Source of the DNA: a virus
Lineage: Duplodnaviria; Caudoviricetes
IMG/VR virus record: IMGVR_UViG_3300037222_000092
Location: 1 to 62,068 of that record
Reading direction: 5' to 3' (one strand)
Length of the DNA stretch: 62,068 nucleotides
Made by a program: the position numbers and the translations under genes. The notes beneath the pieces were generated by a model, which saw only the letters and a list, made by a program, of their open reading frames with translations, did no database searches and was not told the DNA's origin. Shown here piece after piece: positions 36,117 through 46,293 of this stretch (within the stretch, counting starts at the first letter, position 1; every line of letters starts with the position of its first letter).

Positions 36117-36755
36117 TCATTTTGCCGGTGCCAGAATAATGATTGCCGGCGTCAAATTAAATGCGCGACTCCCAAAATGCCGCAGCACTACTTCCTCGAA
36201 CGGCGGTGTGCGATATTCAAAATGTACGGTTGCCCAGAGCGGATCTACCAGATTAGCCGCAAGAGCGGCCACAACTTGAAACACACCATCGGGATCCTGC
36301 GGAGATCTTCCCCGTTCAATCTTCCCGGCATAGGGTTGAGTGTTCATTATAATATATTCTTCGGCCTGTTCCGGAATTTTATCATTGAGATCAAATTCAC
36401 TGCCATCCGCATAGGCAATGAAGGAGCGCTCGTATTGTCCTGGCACCGCCTTAGTTGCGTCTTTCTCAACTGGCGAATGAATGATCAATTGCTGATCGAT
36501 CCAACGAATTAAATCTCCGATCCATTGAAATCTCCAGACGACGACACTGGTGTCCTTTATCATCGATTCTGTAGTATTTTTAATGCCATCCACGGTCAAA
36601 GTAACCTTGGCGCCTTGCCGCTCGGCCTCGATCCGCGCGCGCTGTTCTATAACCCCCCGCAAGATGTAGGCGCGCCGCGCTTCATGCGACAAAGATTGTT
36701 CCAGCATCCGGTCTATATCTGAACTATTTCCACTTATTGAAGCATCGAGCGGCAT
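36117..36755 (-). CDS. Neck / tail completion protein (HK97 gp10-like)
   Basis: SPV...YERS...NTQPYAGKIERGRS.Q.PDGVF. Confidence 0.7.
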   Translation of the reverse strand: MPLDASISGNSSDIDRMLEQSLSHEARRAYILRGVIEQRARIEAERQGAKVTLTVDGIKNTTESMIKDTSVVVWRFQWIGDLIRWIDQQLIIHSPVEKDATKAVPGQYERSFIAYADGSEFDLNDKIPEQAEEYIIMNTQPYAGKIERGRSPQDPDGVFQVVAALAANLVDPLWATVHFEYRTPPFEEVVLRHFGSRAFNLTPAIIILAPAK

Positions 36756-36764
36756 TTTCGTCTC

Positions 36765-37148
36765 TTATCCCGTGACCCGCATATTGATCCGAACCAATGT
36801 ATTTTCTACGGATTGCAAAGCCACAAAGATCACAGTGCGCAGACGATTCTCGACGATCACCTTGTCTGATCCTATCAGCGGAATTCTTGGATCCACATCG
36901 AATGGCGCCGCAAGTGGAGTAGGCAGCGCACCGGTCCACTGCGCATTATTGAGCGGCGTCGGCGAGATGATTACATGCAAATCGGTCTGATTGATTCCGG
37001 CAGCAATCTCTTGAACGGATATTGCATCGACCCTAGCCGGGCACGTCACATCGACATGACTCGCGCCAGCCTTACGCCGTAAAATTACTGTTTCAGCGGC
37101 CTGCATAAGTGCATCATCGAGCGCGGCAATACAGGCATCCGGGCTCAT
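36765..37148 (-). CDS. Head-tail adaptor / closure protein
   Basis: Position and size; ETVILRR...IISPT. Confidence 0.65.
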   Translation of the reverse strand: MSPDACIAALDDALMQAAETVILRRKAGASHVDVTCPARVDAISVQEIAAGINQTDLHVIISPTPLNNAQWTGALPTPLAAPFDVDPRIPLIGSDKVIVENRLRTVIFVALQSVENTLVRINMRVTG

Positions 37149-37150
37149 CC

Positions 37151-37726
37151 CTATTTCGCCTTGATCTTGATCTTGACGGTCTGATCCATCGTGCGTCCTC
37201 CAGACGTGACGATGCGGTTAGTCAGAGAATATCTCTGGCCAATCGTGCCACCAGATAGCCAGATGGCGCTGACAAGATCAGCCTTCGTGTCGCTGTTTTT
37301 TGTTATTCCGGTTGGAATAATCCACGTCGACGATGATATAGTATCGCCCTCTTCATCTAATGCGTTAGACCAATCGACATAATAATCAAGAATGTCATCT
37401 GGATCCTTGAACGGCCATGAGAGAGATCTTCCGAGATTAACGATAACGACACGAGAAGCTGGCATGAGCGCCACCGGAGCTGGAGACTCTGTCGTTCCTG
37501 TAGCTGCCTGGCCAAATGCCGGCACCGTCTCATCTTCTGAAGCGGCGATGATAGCCGCAGCAGCAGCAGTTTGACCAAATTGCGGGACCGTCTCGTTTTC
37601 TAGCGCAGAGATGATAACCGCAGTAGTCGCGGCCTGCGCGAAGTCTGGAATATTTTGTGACGCAGAGGCATTGATGCTGCCACCGCCGCCACCACTGGGT
37701 TGGTTAAATAGTAAAAGCAACGACAT
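37151..37726 (-). CDS. Fibre adaptor-like protein with N-terminal MSLLLLF tag
   Basis: C-terminal KDPDDILDYYVDW...IWLSGGT.G..Y..TNRIVTSGGRT domain; internal ETVPxFGQ repeats. Confidence 0.7.
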   Translation of the reverse strand: MSLLLLFNQPSGGGGGSINASASQNIPDFAQAATTAVIISALENETVPQFGQTAAAAAIIAASEDETVPAFGQAATGTTESPAPVALMPASRVVIVNLGRSLSWPFKDPDDILDYYVDWSNALDEEGDTISSSTWIIPTGITKNSDTKADLVSAIWLSGGTIGQRYSLTNRIVTSGGRTMDQTVKIKIKAK

Positions 37727-37836
37727 TTAATGTCCTTTGGTCGACGCTGGCGCCCGCGAGATGTTGGAATTTAGGGTACTAGCCAAGGTCGGCTGATTGC
37801 CTTAAGTTCAGGTGCTTCAATCAGGAGTTGCCAAAA

Positions 37837-38010
37837 ATGGAAAAAGACACCGATTGGAATTATTACGAGAGCTCTTTCACCACAAAACTTCTAATCGACG
37901 GATCAAGGTCATCTGGTCCTCTCATGCGACGGCAGATTAACCACGAGTGGAAATATCGCCGTATGACAAAAGAGGAAGAAACTGAATATATGTCCGGGAC
38001 AATTTGGTAA
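37837..38010 (+). CDS. Small inverted moron-like gene
   Basis: AGGAG RBS; opposite strand inside the late operon. Confidence 0.55.
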   Translation: MEKDTDWNYYESSFTTKLLIDGSRSSGPLMRRQINHEWKYRRMTKEEETEYMSGTIW

Positions 38011-38053
38011 CACCAGGACCGGTCCGACGCCAGTTGATGTTGTCAGTACCGAA

Positions 38054-38992
38054 TCACCCACCCATCATTGGGATGCCTGAAGATTTCACGGCTACGGTAG
38101 CTCCTGGTCCACCACTGCTACTAAGACCAGCATATCCCAAGCCAGGACCCGTCAGACCCCAGCCAATTATCGTCATATACAACCAATCAATTGGCTTAAG
38201 AGGAACGCTGCTTGATGTTGAGGGTGCAAAGCCCGTACTACCGAAGGCGTTGAAGGCGCTAGCATATGGAGTAGAACCCAAATTGTCGCCAGTATCTCCG
38301 TTAGTGTTGTTGTTCATGCTAACGATGCTGGTCGCGCCGCCATCCGAAGATAGATAGCGAGTGCCAGAGGCCGCGTTATTGCGCGTTCCACTTGCGCTAT
38401 AAGTAAAAATGTCTGCGATGTAAAAGGTGGTATTTGCGCCGGTGTTCATTTCACGGCCAAGAACTTCCGTGAACTCGTGCATCATTACACCATAGAGAGA
38501 ATATCCTCCCGTACATGTTGATCCGTCTACGCTGGTTATATCAAAACTAGCAGAGCTGCTAAATCCGCAATAACCGTCGGTAGCACTGCCAGTCCAAAAG
38601 CCAAGTGCTTTAGTAAGTGCCGAGGCAATCAAAATAGTCTCTGACCAACCAAACGGGTCTGTGGCTGGTAAATTTGTGGATGGATTAAATGCTGAAGTCT
38701 GTAGAGTATTTAACCCTGTAAATCCAGACAACGTAGTTCTGATATTAGCGTATGTTTCCGTATCGACGAAGTACATGCTCTGGCCAATATCGCCAGAGCC
38801 CATCGTTTGATTATCGACTTCGCCGTATCCACAATATATGTTGATCGTTACATCGGTTCCGTCCGAACGAAGCGTGGAAAGAGCGGTCTGAAGATCCGAA
38901 ACAACTCTTGTCCTAATAATATTCCAGGCCGCCATATTAGCATTAGTTGACCAAGATGTATCATCGTGGACTACAAGTGTCAGTGCTCCCAT
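38054..38992 (-). CDS. Zincin-like metalloprotease-domain protein (HExxE variant)
   Basis: KALG...DGYCGFSS...HEFTEVLGR...D.FTYSASGTR...YLSSDGG...GDTGD. Confidence 0.65.
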   Translation of the reverse strand: MGALTLVVHDDTSWSTNANMAAWNIIRTRVVSDLQTALSTLRSDGTDVTINIYCGYGEVDNQTMGSGDIGQSMYFVDTETYANIRTTLSGFTGLNTLQTSAFNPSTNLPATDPFGWSETILIASALTKALGFWTGSATDGYCGFSSSASFDITSVDGSTCTGGYSLYGVMMHEFTEVLGREMNTGANTTFYIADIFTYSASGTRNNAASGTRYLSSDGGATSIVSMNNNTNGDTGDNLGSTPYASAFNAFGSTGFAPSTSSSVPLKPIDWLYMTIIGWGLTGPGLGYAGLSSSGGPGATVAVKSSGIPMMGG

Positions 38993-39186
38993 TATGATAC
39001 ACCATACAGTTGCACGTCACCTGCTAAACCGACGACTTTCTCACCATCTGAAACATCGACTTGGGCCAGTTCTTTCGTGGCATATCGGATCGCGCCAGAG
39101 GGATTATCAGCATATAGGCGAGGAGGACCGATGGAAGACAGAAGCTTCCCGGTCTGCATATTTCGGACGAGAAAAATCATGCCCAT
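38992..39186 (-). CDS. Small hypothetical protein
   Basis: Coupled at both ends. Confidence 0.55.
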   Translation of the reverse strand: MGMIFLVRNMQTGKLLSSIGPPRLYADNPSGAIRYATKELAQVDVSDGEKVVGLAGDVQLYGVS

Positions 39187-39797
39187 CAGTTAAACGCCGC
39201 GTTGCAATCAAGAACAGGAGATGGAGCTGATGCTCCGGTAGCGGTTGTCGTGGCTGCGGCGCTGATGCCCGTGCCACCGATTGCAACTCCACCAACAGAT
39301 AAGGTAAACCCCCCGCTTCCACCCGGTTCAATGGGAAACGAATATACCGGCGTATCGGTTCCTACCGTCACGCTGCCAAAAGGTTTGCTGAAAACTTGCA
39401 CATAGACTTGCGATGCGCCGGAGTTGCCACACACCAGCATTCCAAGATTTCCAGCCGACGATTTTATGGCCTGTGCGCTATTTGTCAGCGCACTAAGTCT
39501 CGCAGGGCTTAACGCTGTGCTGCTGACTATCCAAGGCGACGTTCCCTGGTTTACGGCAGGGGCCGAAGGAAAGGTCACAAAGAAGGGGTTGCCGGTGACA
39601 CCGAACGCCGCGCCTGAAGCGTCCGCTGGCACCTGAAGCGGGCAAATGCCGGTGCAATTGAACGACTTCGCCGTTTGCGTCGTACCAGCAGCATCCTTGA
39701 ATGTGAAAGTGGTCTGAGCATTAGCAGTACCGATGAGGCCAACGATAAACGTCAGACTTAATAGAAGTTTTTTCATTTGCTGCTTCACGATTAACAT
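39186..39797 (-). CDS. Sec-signal beta-sandwich protein (paralog of 47247)
   Basis: MKKLLLSLTFIVGLIGTANA; AIKSSAGNL...N....YVQVF...GIS.A.T. Confidence 0.75.
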   Translation of the reverse strand: MLIVKQQMKKLLLSLTFIVGLIGTANAQTTFTFKDAAGTTQTAKSFNCTGICPLQVPADASGAAFGVTGNPFFVTFPSAPAVNQGTSPWIVSSTALSPARLSALTNSAQAIKSSAGNLGMLVCGNSGASQVYVQVFSKPFGSVTVGTDTPVYSFPIEPGGSGGFTLSVGGVAIGGTGISAAATTTATGASAPSPVLDCNAAFN

Positions 39798-42700
39798 TTA
39801 AATGCCCCACTTTGCTGTGAAATAAGCATCCAGAGCAGCGATGTCGGTCGGGCTGAGAACATCATTGACGACGACGAGCTCGGCTATCTTGCCTGGCATA
39901 GCATTTGCCCACGCCGAAGTCTTCGTCGCCACAATGCATCCTGGACTACCAAGAGTTCCGCTACCGGGAGCTACTGGAGTTCCACCGACGCCGTTGACGT
40001 AAGCCGTAAAACCAGTCGTCGGATTTGTCCCATCGTAGATAGACCCGACCCGTATCCATCCACCGGCCGTATAGCTCTGTGTTGCGACTGCGTTGTTGTG
40101 ATAAGCCGAGATCGTAGTAGAATTCTGGAATTGAATGCCAATCATCGAAGTCGGCGTGTAGTAATCGCTCGCATTGACGTAATCTATATCCGCCATCCAA
40201 CTCGCAATACGTGAGCTACTAGGAGAGCCATTCGCCAAAACGACAGCAAACATCGACATCTTGTTCGGGTTGAATATCAACCGGAACGAGTTGGAAACCA
40301 ACCCTTCCACATCAGAGTTAGTGCTAACCTGTACGACTTGTATTCCGTTCAACGAGTCCGTGACAGGCCTGGATTCGTTCTCGCCGCCGTTATAGAGCGT
40401 GTGTCCGTATAAGCTATTATCCGACCATGCCGTCACGTACCAAACACCATGCGTAGGATCGTTTACGGTAAAAAGTCCATTGTCGCCCTTGTACCAGCCG
40501 ATCAGATTTTGCAGTTTCTTCGGCGTCCAGGCTGACGCCGTTGAAGGAACGATCGCCGTGTTGCCGTCCCATGCGTGCAGATACATCATGGTCAGCGTGA
40601 AGGGCATTTCGTAGCCCCAAACGTAGCTCTCGTTTGACTGGATCGCGAACTTGTCTTGCAGCTGCAGTTCCCAGAACGACTGCGCGTAGCACCACGGCAC
40701 CATCTGCTTCGCGTAGCCGTTCGCGCCGTAGTTCGTCGTGCTCACGTTCTGCGCGATGGGAGACAAAGGCCCGTTGAGGTTGCCGACCGGGAATCCAGAG
40801 CTGCTGCAAAAGGCCCAGTACCCTGGGCTACACCAGCCGGCCGGCGTCGGAATTCCAGAATTGTAGGAGTCGTCGTGCGTACAGGCCTCGATGTGGCGCA
40901 GCCCGTGCATGGCGCTGTGTGAACGTCCAACCATGTTCGCACCTTGGCACCATTGAACGACGCTCTGCATCGCCTTTAGGTAATCGGTTCCTGTTGGAGG
41001 ATTTCCGCTCGGTACAGGATTGAGCTTCATCACGTGGACTTTGATAAGCGCGTCCCATCCGTTGAATTGCCAGGGACTTGACGCTCCTCCCCAGCCGCCC
41101 CGGAAGCAATTATCATCCGCCAGAAACTGCGAGGTGTTGACGTTGACGGTCGCGCGGTTATACCAGTACACCGACATATTAATTCCGGTGGTGGTTCCGA
41201 ACAGCGTTTGCATCCTCGCAAGAAGACCTGTCGTATAGGCCCAATTCAACTGATCCACGGTATTGATGTTTGTATTAATTAAGTTCGAAGACATGCCGCC
41301 GTCCGTCAACCACGTCTCGTAAAATGATCCCGCCGCCGACGCCGCGCCGACAAGCTTCACGTAGGAGCAGCAAGCGGAGGTGATCGCAGGCGCGCAGTGA
41401 TTATCAAGCGTGGTCATGTTCGTGGCAAACGTCGGGTCGGTCCAGACCATGTAGGTCTTCATGCCGATCTCACCGTCATAATAGGCGGTTTGGTTGGTCA
41501 GGTTTTGATAGAGGTTATAAGCCCAATTAAAGGCAGCAAGCCCGGAGTTGTAATAAGCCGTATAGGCGGCTGATGACCCGAGCCCGTACTGCGTCAGGAT
41601 ATCGCATAGATTCCACGCTGCCGAAGCGTAAAGCATCGTCGTCCAGTGGTCAGCCGCGTAGAGGAACGATGCTATGGGTCCATGCACGGATGAAGCAAAG
41701 GTCGGGTCGGTACCACAGTAAGTATCCATGGATACTGGCGCGAACGCGGTCTGCTGGGCGAAGTGACCTATGCCGTAGCCACCCGGAACTCGCCCGTCAC
41801 CGATCTGCGCTTGCGGGACGCGGTACGCCTCTAGCGCATAGATGGCCTCGTGTACAATGGCAGGCAAGATGTCAGTTGAACTGTCCCACACGGACGGGTC
41901 ACACATGGCCGAACTGAGCTGCGTCGGAGTCTGGAACGGCGTGACGCGGCCGTTCTTAGGAATATATTTAATCATACCAACGAAAGCGTTAATATTTCCC
42001 ATGTGATCAGATGCGAGGTCGTCGTTGTCGCCCGCATCTTGATGCGCCGGATGGCTACCGACCGCGCGCAGCGCGGGTGAGACAAGTCTCCCAGTCCAGT
42101 TGTAGGATCCACCGAAGTTATAAGGAATAGTAAGCGACTGGTTGTACGCTCCCGTCCCAGACAAATAGTGCGTGGGGTGGTCGCCCATGTTGTCCAGGAC
42201 CACGCCGCTCCCCTCAGATGATGCCATCGAGATAAGTGTTGACCAGTAATTCTCGTAGCCGCCGACGCCGTCGAGCTGGCACGGTCCGCGCTGGTAGGAA
42301 CCGTAGTCGAGAGCCATCCCGAGCCGGTGCTGATAAAGCCCGCGATGATAATGCGCGCATGTCAGCGCGTGCGCGGCCTCATCGATGAGGATCTCATCGC
42401 TTACGCCGTATCCTGGGATGTAGAGTTTATAGCGCCCCGGCGTCGTGAAGGACGAGTAGTCCATGCCGTAGACGTTCGTTCCGGCGCGGTTCGTCGCCTC
42501 CAGGCACTTGAAGGCCATGTTCTCGTAGCCGCCGTGTGGGCCGGGGCCGACGCCCGACGCGGCATGATCCCATGTCCCCGTCGTTAGGGCCGTGGTGTTG
42601 TTAACGGCAACCGATACCTGTGTGGCGTTGATATAGGTGACCGGGAGCGCGATGTTCGTCGCAGGATTCGAACAGCTGTTCACTGGGTCGCTGGTGTTTT

Positions 42701-43757
42701 CGAGATTACCAGCCCCGCTCATGCCGAAGCATCGCATGTGGTCGCCATTGCTGAATCCGTGCCCGCCAGCAAAGGTCAGCGTCGTCGGATTGCCTGTCGT
42801 TGAGACAGAGGTGATCTTCCAGACCTGACTCAAATCAGTCAGATCAAAACCGTGTAAATAGGCACCTCCGCCTGAGTCCACTGTGTCGATCTGATTGTAC
42901 GCCCTTCGAATTGTGATGCCGCCGACGCCACTGATACGCGCGAAGGTGGCGACCGTAGCCAGCGTCACAGCGTCGATGAGATAGAATGTCGCACCATCGC
43001 CCATGCCATAAGCCGCGAAATCGACGACGCCGTTCCCGCGCCCCGGAACGCGGCTGCATAGGTACGCGAGCTTCACCTCATCGTTCGGGCGGTGGCCTCC
43101 GTGCGAGACCTTGATGCCCCCCGCGCGGGTCACCTTGTCGTTGAACGTTAACGTCCTGTCCGGGAACGCCGCCGCGCTATGGCTGATCTTGTATGCCGTG
43201 TTTGCTACCGGAGGCGACGCCAGCTGAATGTAGGCCGTCAGCATACCGCGCTGGATGCTGAAGTTTCCGTCATAGCCGGCGCCGCAGAATTCCGTGCGCG
43301 CGGTGACCGCGCTCACCGTCAAGCCCGCACCACCCACGATCGAGTAGTTGGACGCCTGAGCGAATGCCACCCGATCTATGTAGCGCGGCGGATAGAGGTC
43401 CACAAACCTGACCGCGCTCTCATCTGGCCTTACGACCTGACAGCTTTGGCTGCTAGGGTAAGGAGTATTACCATCACGTGGGTTATTTTTGGTATGGTAT
43501 GCTCCATAAGTGTCGGTGTATGGCGTGGCAGGCGTGAAGATGTTGCCTGACTTGATCGGGTCGTCGCGCTCCATAACGCCAATAACGTCCGGTGTCTCCA
43601 TCCAGACATCATTCTGCAGCGCAGGCGAATAAATTGGCTGGAACGTAGTAGGCGCAGCTCCAGACGGTTTACCATGCCGAAACCAGGCCTCAGCTTCTCT
43701 TGGTGCAAAGGCTAACGCCGTGGCCCCTATTAACAAGTTTCTGCGGGATACGCTCAT
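39798..43757 (-). CDS. Tat-signal GH9 (cellulase-like) glycoside hydrolase with C-terminal LamG-like domain
   Basis: SRRNLL signal; DYSSFTTPGRYKLYIPGYGVS (Ig-like N-domain); RGLYQHRLG; HQDAGD; SNE near the end of the catalytic domain; IAELVV...YFTAKWGI. Confidence 0.75.
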   Translation of the reverse strand: MSVSRRNLLIGATALAFAPREAEAWFRHGKPSGAAPTTFQPIYSPALQNDVWMETPDVIGVMERDDPIKSGNIFTPATPYTDTYGAYHTKNNPRDGNTPYPSSQSCQVVRPDESAVRFVDLYPPRYIDRVAFAQASNYSIVGGAGLTVSAVTARTEFCGAGYDGNFSIQRGMLTAYIQLASPPVANTAYKISHSAAAFPDRTLTFNDKVTRAGGIKVSHGGHRPNDEVKLAYLCSRVPGRGNGVVDFAAYGMGDGATFYLIDAVTLATVATFARISGVGGITIRRAYNQIDTVDSGGGAYLHGFDLTDLSQVWKITSVSTTGNPTTLTFAGGHGFSNGDHMRCFGMSGAGNLENTSDPVNSCSNPATNIALPVTYINATQVSVAVNNTTALTTGTWDHAASGVGPGPHGGYENMAFKCLEATNRAGTNVYGMDYSSFTTPGRYKLYIPGYGVSDEILIDEAAHALTCAHYHRGLYQHRLGMALDYGSYQRGPCQLDGVGGYENYWSTLISMASSEGSGVVLDNMGDHPTHYLSGTGAYNQSLTIPYNFGGSYNWTGRLVSPALRAVGSHPAHQDAGDNDDLASDHMGNINAFVGMIKYIPKNGRVTPFQTPTQLSSAMCDPSVWDSSTDILPAIVHEAIYALEAYRVPQAQIGDGRVPGGYGIGHFAQQTAFAPVSMDTYCGTDPTFASSVHGPIASFLYAADHWTTMLYASAAWNLCDILTQYGLGSSAAYTAYYNSGLAAFNWAYNLYQNLTNQTAYYDGEIGMKTYMVWTDPTFATNMTTLDNHCAPAITSACCSYVKLVGAASAAGSFYETWLTDGGMSSNLINTNINTVDQLNWAYTTGLLARMQTLFGTTTGINMSVYWYNRATVNVNTSQFLADDNCFRGGWGGASSPWQFNGWDALIKVHVMKLNPVPSGNPPTGTDYLKAMQSVVQWCQGANMVGRSHSAMHGLRHIEACTHDDSYNSGIPTPAGWCSPGYWAFCSSSGFPVGNLNGPLSPIAQNVSTTNYGANGYAKQMVPWCYAQSFWELQLQDKFAIQSNESYVWGYEMPFTLTMMYLHAWDGNTAIVPSTASAWTPKKLQNLIGWYKGDNGLFTVNDPTHGVWYVTAWSDNSLYGHTLYNGGENESRPVTDSLNGIQVVQVSTNSDVEGLVSNSFRLIFNPNKMSMFAVVLANGSPSSSRIASWMADIDYVNASDYYTPTSMIGIQFQNSTTISAYHNNAVATQSYTAGGWIRVGSIYDGTNPTTGFTAYVNGVGGTPVAPGSGTLGSPGCIVATKTSAWANAMPGKIAELVVVNDVLSPTDIAALDAYFTAKWGI

Positions 43758-44770
43758 GGCAATCCCAACGCTAGGAAGCTGGTATTGCTGTTTACAGAGA
43801 AGTCGAGTGAGCCTTGAGCACCACCGCCAGCAAAAGTTGTTATCGACCGCCAACCCATCTTCATGAGCGCCGTGTATTTGCGCTCGGACAACGGATACAC
43901 AACAGTCTCTCCGGTGTTCGTCGCCGTAGTTCCATCTGAGCCAAAACTATTATCAAGACCACCGCGATGTGAGTTGGCTTTGAAGTGGATGTAGTTGTTG
44001 TGCGGATAAGCGGAATGCAAAATCTTCGGGCCTCCGTCGGCGGCAACTAAAGCGGCCGTTGCCGGATACGCGCCGACCATTGAGACTCCATTCGTAGGGT
44101 ACCCATGAACTCCCACATTCCCGTCTGTAGGATCGACGTAAGCACAATTATCCAGATAATTAAGACTATCAAGATGGGCAGTTATCGCCCCGATGCCTTC
44201 GTCATTGACGATATTAGAGCGATCCGGCGGAGGGCCGACCACCAGGAGCGGTGCCATCGCGGCGGTCGTGTACATCGATCTGATCTCCGCCCAAAGAGAG
44301 ATCATGTGGGCGGTGTATGGAGTCTGGTTACCTTCTAAGCCAGTTTCGTTGTAACCGTGGTTCCAGTCGAAGAACCAAATTCTATTGCCCGCATTTTGTG
44401 CCAGAGCTGCAGCGAGCTTCGCCTCCCAAGGATCAAGACCTACTCTGCTGCTATCGACAGCCCATCCGGCGTTGAAGGCCATCCCAGCTCGGGCGCCGTC
44501 CACTATCAGGATGTTGTACCCGGATGGGATCTTGCCGCGCTGCGATAGCAATCGACACAGCGCCAATGTTGAACCAACGCAATTTGGATTCATGCCATTG
44601 GTTAGGTTGTTGTTTAATGGCTCAGTGGCCAGCTGTATGGTGCCGTTGTCCAGGAAGTCGGCAACCTTGTTGTCGCTAACGTCTATGGACGCGTCGTAGA
44701 AGTCGCCACATCCGGCGTTGCTGTCTCCGGCTAGCCCGACGATGAGGTACGGCGGTGCGGGGACCGTCAT
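43754..44770 (-). CDS. SGNH-family (sialate/carbohydrate O-acetyl) esterase
   Basis: GLAGDSNAG block I, WNHGYNE block III, YIHF block V. Confidence 0.75.
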   Translation of the reverse strand: MTVPAPPYLIVGLAGDSNAGCGDFYDASIDVSDNKVADFLDNGTIQLATEPLNNNLTNGMNPNCVGSTLALCRLLSQRGKIPSGYNILIVDGARAGMAFNAGWAVDSSRVGLDPWEAKLAAALAQNAGNRIWFFDWNHGYNETGLEGNQTPYTAHMISLWAEIRSMYTTAAMAPLLVVGPPPDRSNIVNDEGIGAITAHLDSLNYLDNCAYVDPTDGNVGVHGYPTNGVSMVGAYPATAALVAADGGPKILHSAYPHNNYIHFKANSHRGGLDNSFGSDGTTATNTGETVVYPLSERKYTALMKMGWRSITTFAGGGAQGSLDFSVNSNTSFLALGLP

Positions 44771-46290
44771 ATCGTCAGCCCTATCTTGGTTCCCATGTAC
44801 GTTTCGAGATGAGCGAGGTTCGTCGGGCTGATCGATCCTGAGAGCTTGATCACCAGCTCAGCGATGTCGGCCGCAAAGAATAACGAGTTCGAGACAAGGG
44901 AAGCGTTCCCTAAAGCAAAGTTCGCGCTGGTTAGCGTACCGGGAGCACTGTAGGTGTACGTCCCGACTTGAACCCCGTTTACCCGAGCAGTCAGTTTGGT
45001 TCCGTCGTCGATAAAGGTCAGCACCTTCCAAGTGTTGTCGAAGACTCCGGTAGCTAATGTTTGGTTGTTCACAAAAATTCCGCCAGCATCGTTCCTCATG
45101 TTCGCCAGCCACGTGGACGCAGTCGTTACACCAGAGCCGATGGGGTCGAATATCTCCGATCCAGAGGTGACAAACTCCTGAAGCAAAACGCGGCTGGCGG
45201 CCGGGTTTGGCTTGACCGCCATGCAGATTGTTGATCCTGCATGAGATGTCATAGCCGCAGCTAAACCAAGCGGAGTGGCCTTCCCAAGGACATCATTGAT
45301 GCCATCGAAACTGACGCAACGCGGAGAAGTTTTGAACACTGGAACGGGGAAGTTCTGGGTTGATCGCGGAATGATGTCAGAGATCGCAGCGAGATTAAAC
45401 GCGGAACCACTCTTATCGCTCCAGTTAGCTACGTGGTCTAGATTGAAAACAACCTGGCTGGTTCCCGCCAAATACTGCCACATTGTGAATCGATCATCGG
45501 CGGCCAGCCAAAGATTAGGCGCGATGGTGGTAAGGACGTCAAATCCGGTGCTGGGCGATTGCGTCCAACCGCCCGAAGACGCAACGGCAGAGTTGTTCCC
45601 TGCCACGTCCTGATGCACGAAGTAGGCGTGGCGAGTGCCCGATGTGGTCAGTCCGAACGCAGTGGCAGCAAGGCTCGTGCTTGAAACCGGCGTCAATCCA
45701 TTTGCCAAGGCCGCGGTCCCGCCGTCGTTCTGACCGGCAACGACCTGGGCTATGGTTGGTGGCGTTGCGCTTGCGGTCACCACCCAAAATAGAGAGCCGG
45801 GACTGTCGTTCGTCGTCACCGACAAGGCGGCGTTAGTATCGTTGGTACCATTCTGTGCACCAGCGGCACTCGAAAGAGTTGGGGCTATCGTATCGATCAC
45901 TACTGTCAGTGGCGTACCGGCGATACCACCATTAACCGTCGCAGTGAATATGTGAGTGCCGTCGGCGAGCGCCGAAAGTCCCCAACTAAATGCGCCGGCG
46001 TTAGCCTCTCCGGAGGTGATAGTGTGGGTTGAAATTGTTGTGCTGCCGTCGATGAGTGCGACGACATCACCAGATTTTAGAATCTGATCGGTGTTAAGCG
46101 CGATGTTCGGAACATTATTATTGGTAATGTTGTCTGAAGGAGACGATCCGGTGTCTGAGGTTAGCGTCAACAGAGGAAATGATGAAGAAGGAGGCGGCGG
46201 GCTTCCGTGCGGCCACCATGCTTCGGCGTCCTGCGATATTGCTATCGTAGCCGCACCAGCCAATAGAAAGTTTCGTCGAGAGAACTTCAC
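44767..46290 (-). CDS. Tat-signal protein with Ig-like and LamG-like domains
   Basis: SRRNFLL signal; SDTGSS.SDNITN...LADGTH.FTAT...IDT.AP Big-type repeat; WLAADD..WSDKSG..FDG.ND..IAELV. Confidence 0.8.
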   Translation of the reverse strand: MKFSRRNFLLAGAATIAISQDAEAWWPHGSPPPPSSSFPLLTLTSDTGSSPSDNITNNNVPNIALNTDQILKSGDVVALIDGSTTISTHTITSGEANAGAFSWGLSALADGTHIFTATVNGGIAGTPLTVVIDTIAPTLSSAAGAQNGTNDTNAALSVTTNDSPGSLFWVVTASATPPTIAQVVAGQNDGGTAALANGLTPVSSTSLAATAFGLTTSGTRHAYFVHQDVAGNNSAVASSGGWTQSPSTGFDVLTTIAPNLWLAADDRFTMWQYLAGTSQVVFNLDHVANWSDKSGSAFNLAAISDIIPRSTQNFPVPVFKTSPRCVSFDGINDVLGKATPLGLAAAMTSHAGSTICMAVKPNPAASRVLLQEFVTSGSEIFDPIGSGVTTASTWLANMRNDAGGIFVNNQTLATGVFDNTWKVLTFIDDGTKLTARVNGVQVGTYTYSAPGTLTSANFALGNASLVSNSLFFAADIAELVIKLSGSISPTNLAHLETYMGTKIGLTI

Positions 46291-46293
46291 GTT

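Noticed and set aside
39798-46290. Diversity-generating retroelement acting on the lectin-like C-termini
   Set aside because: No reverse transcriptase and no near-identical TR/VR nucleotide pair seen.
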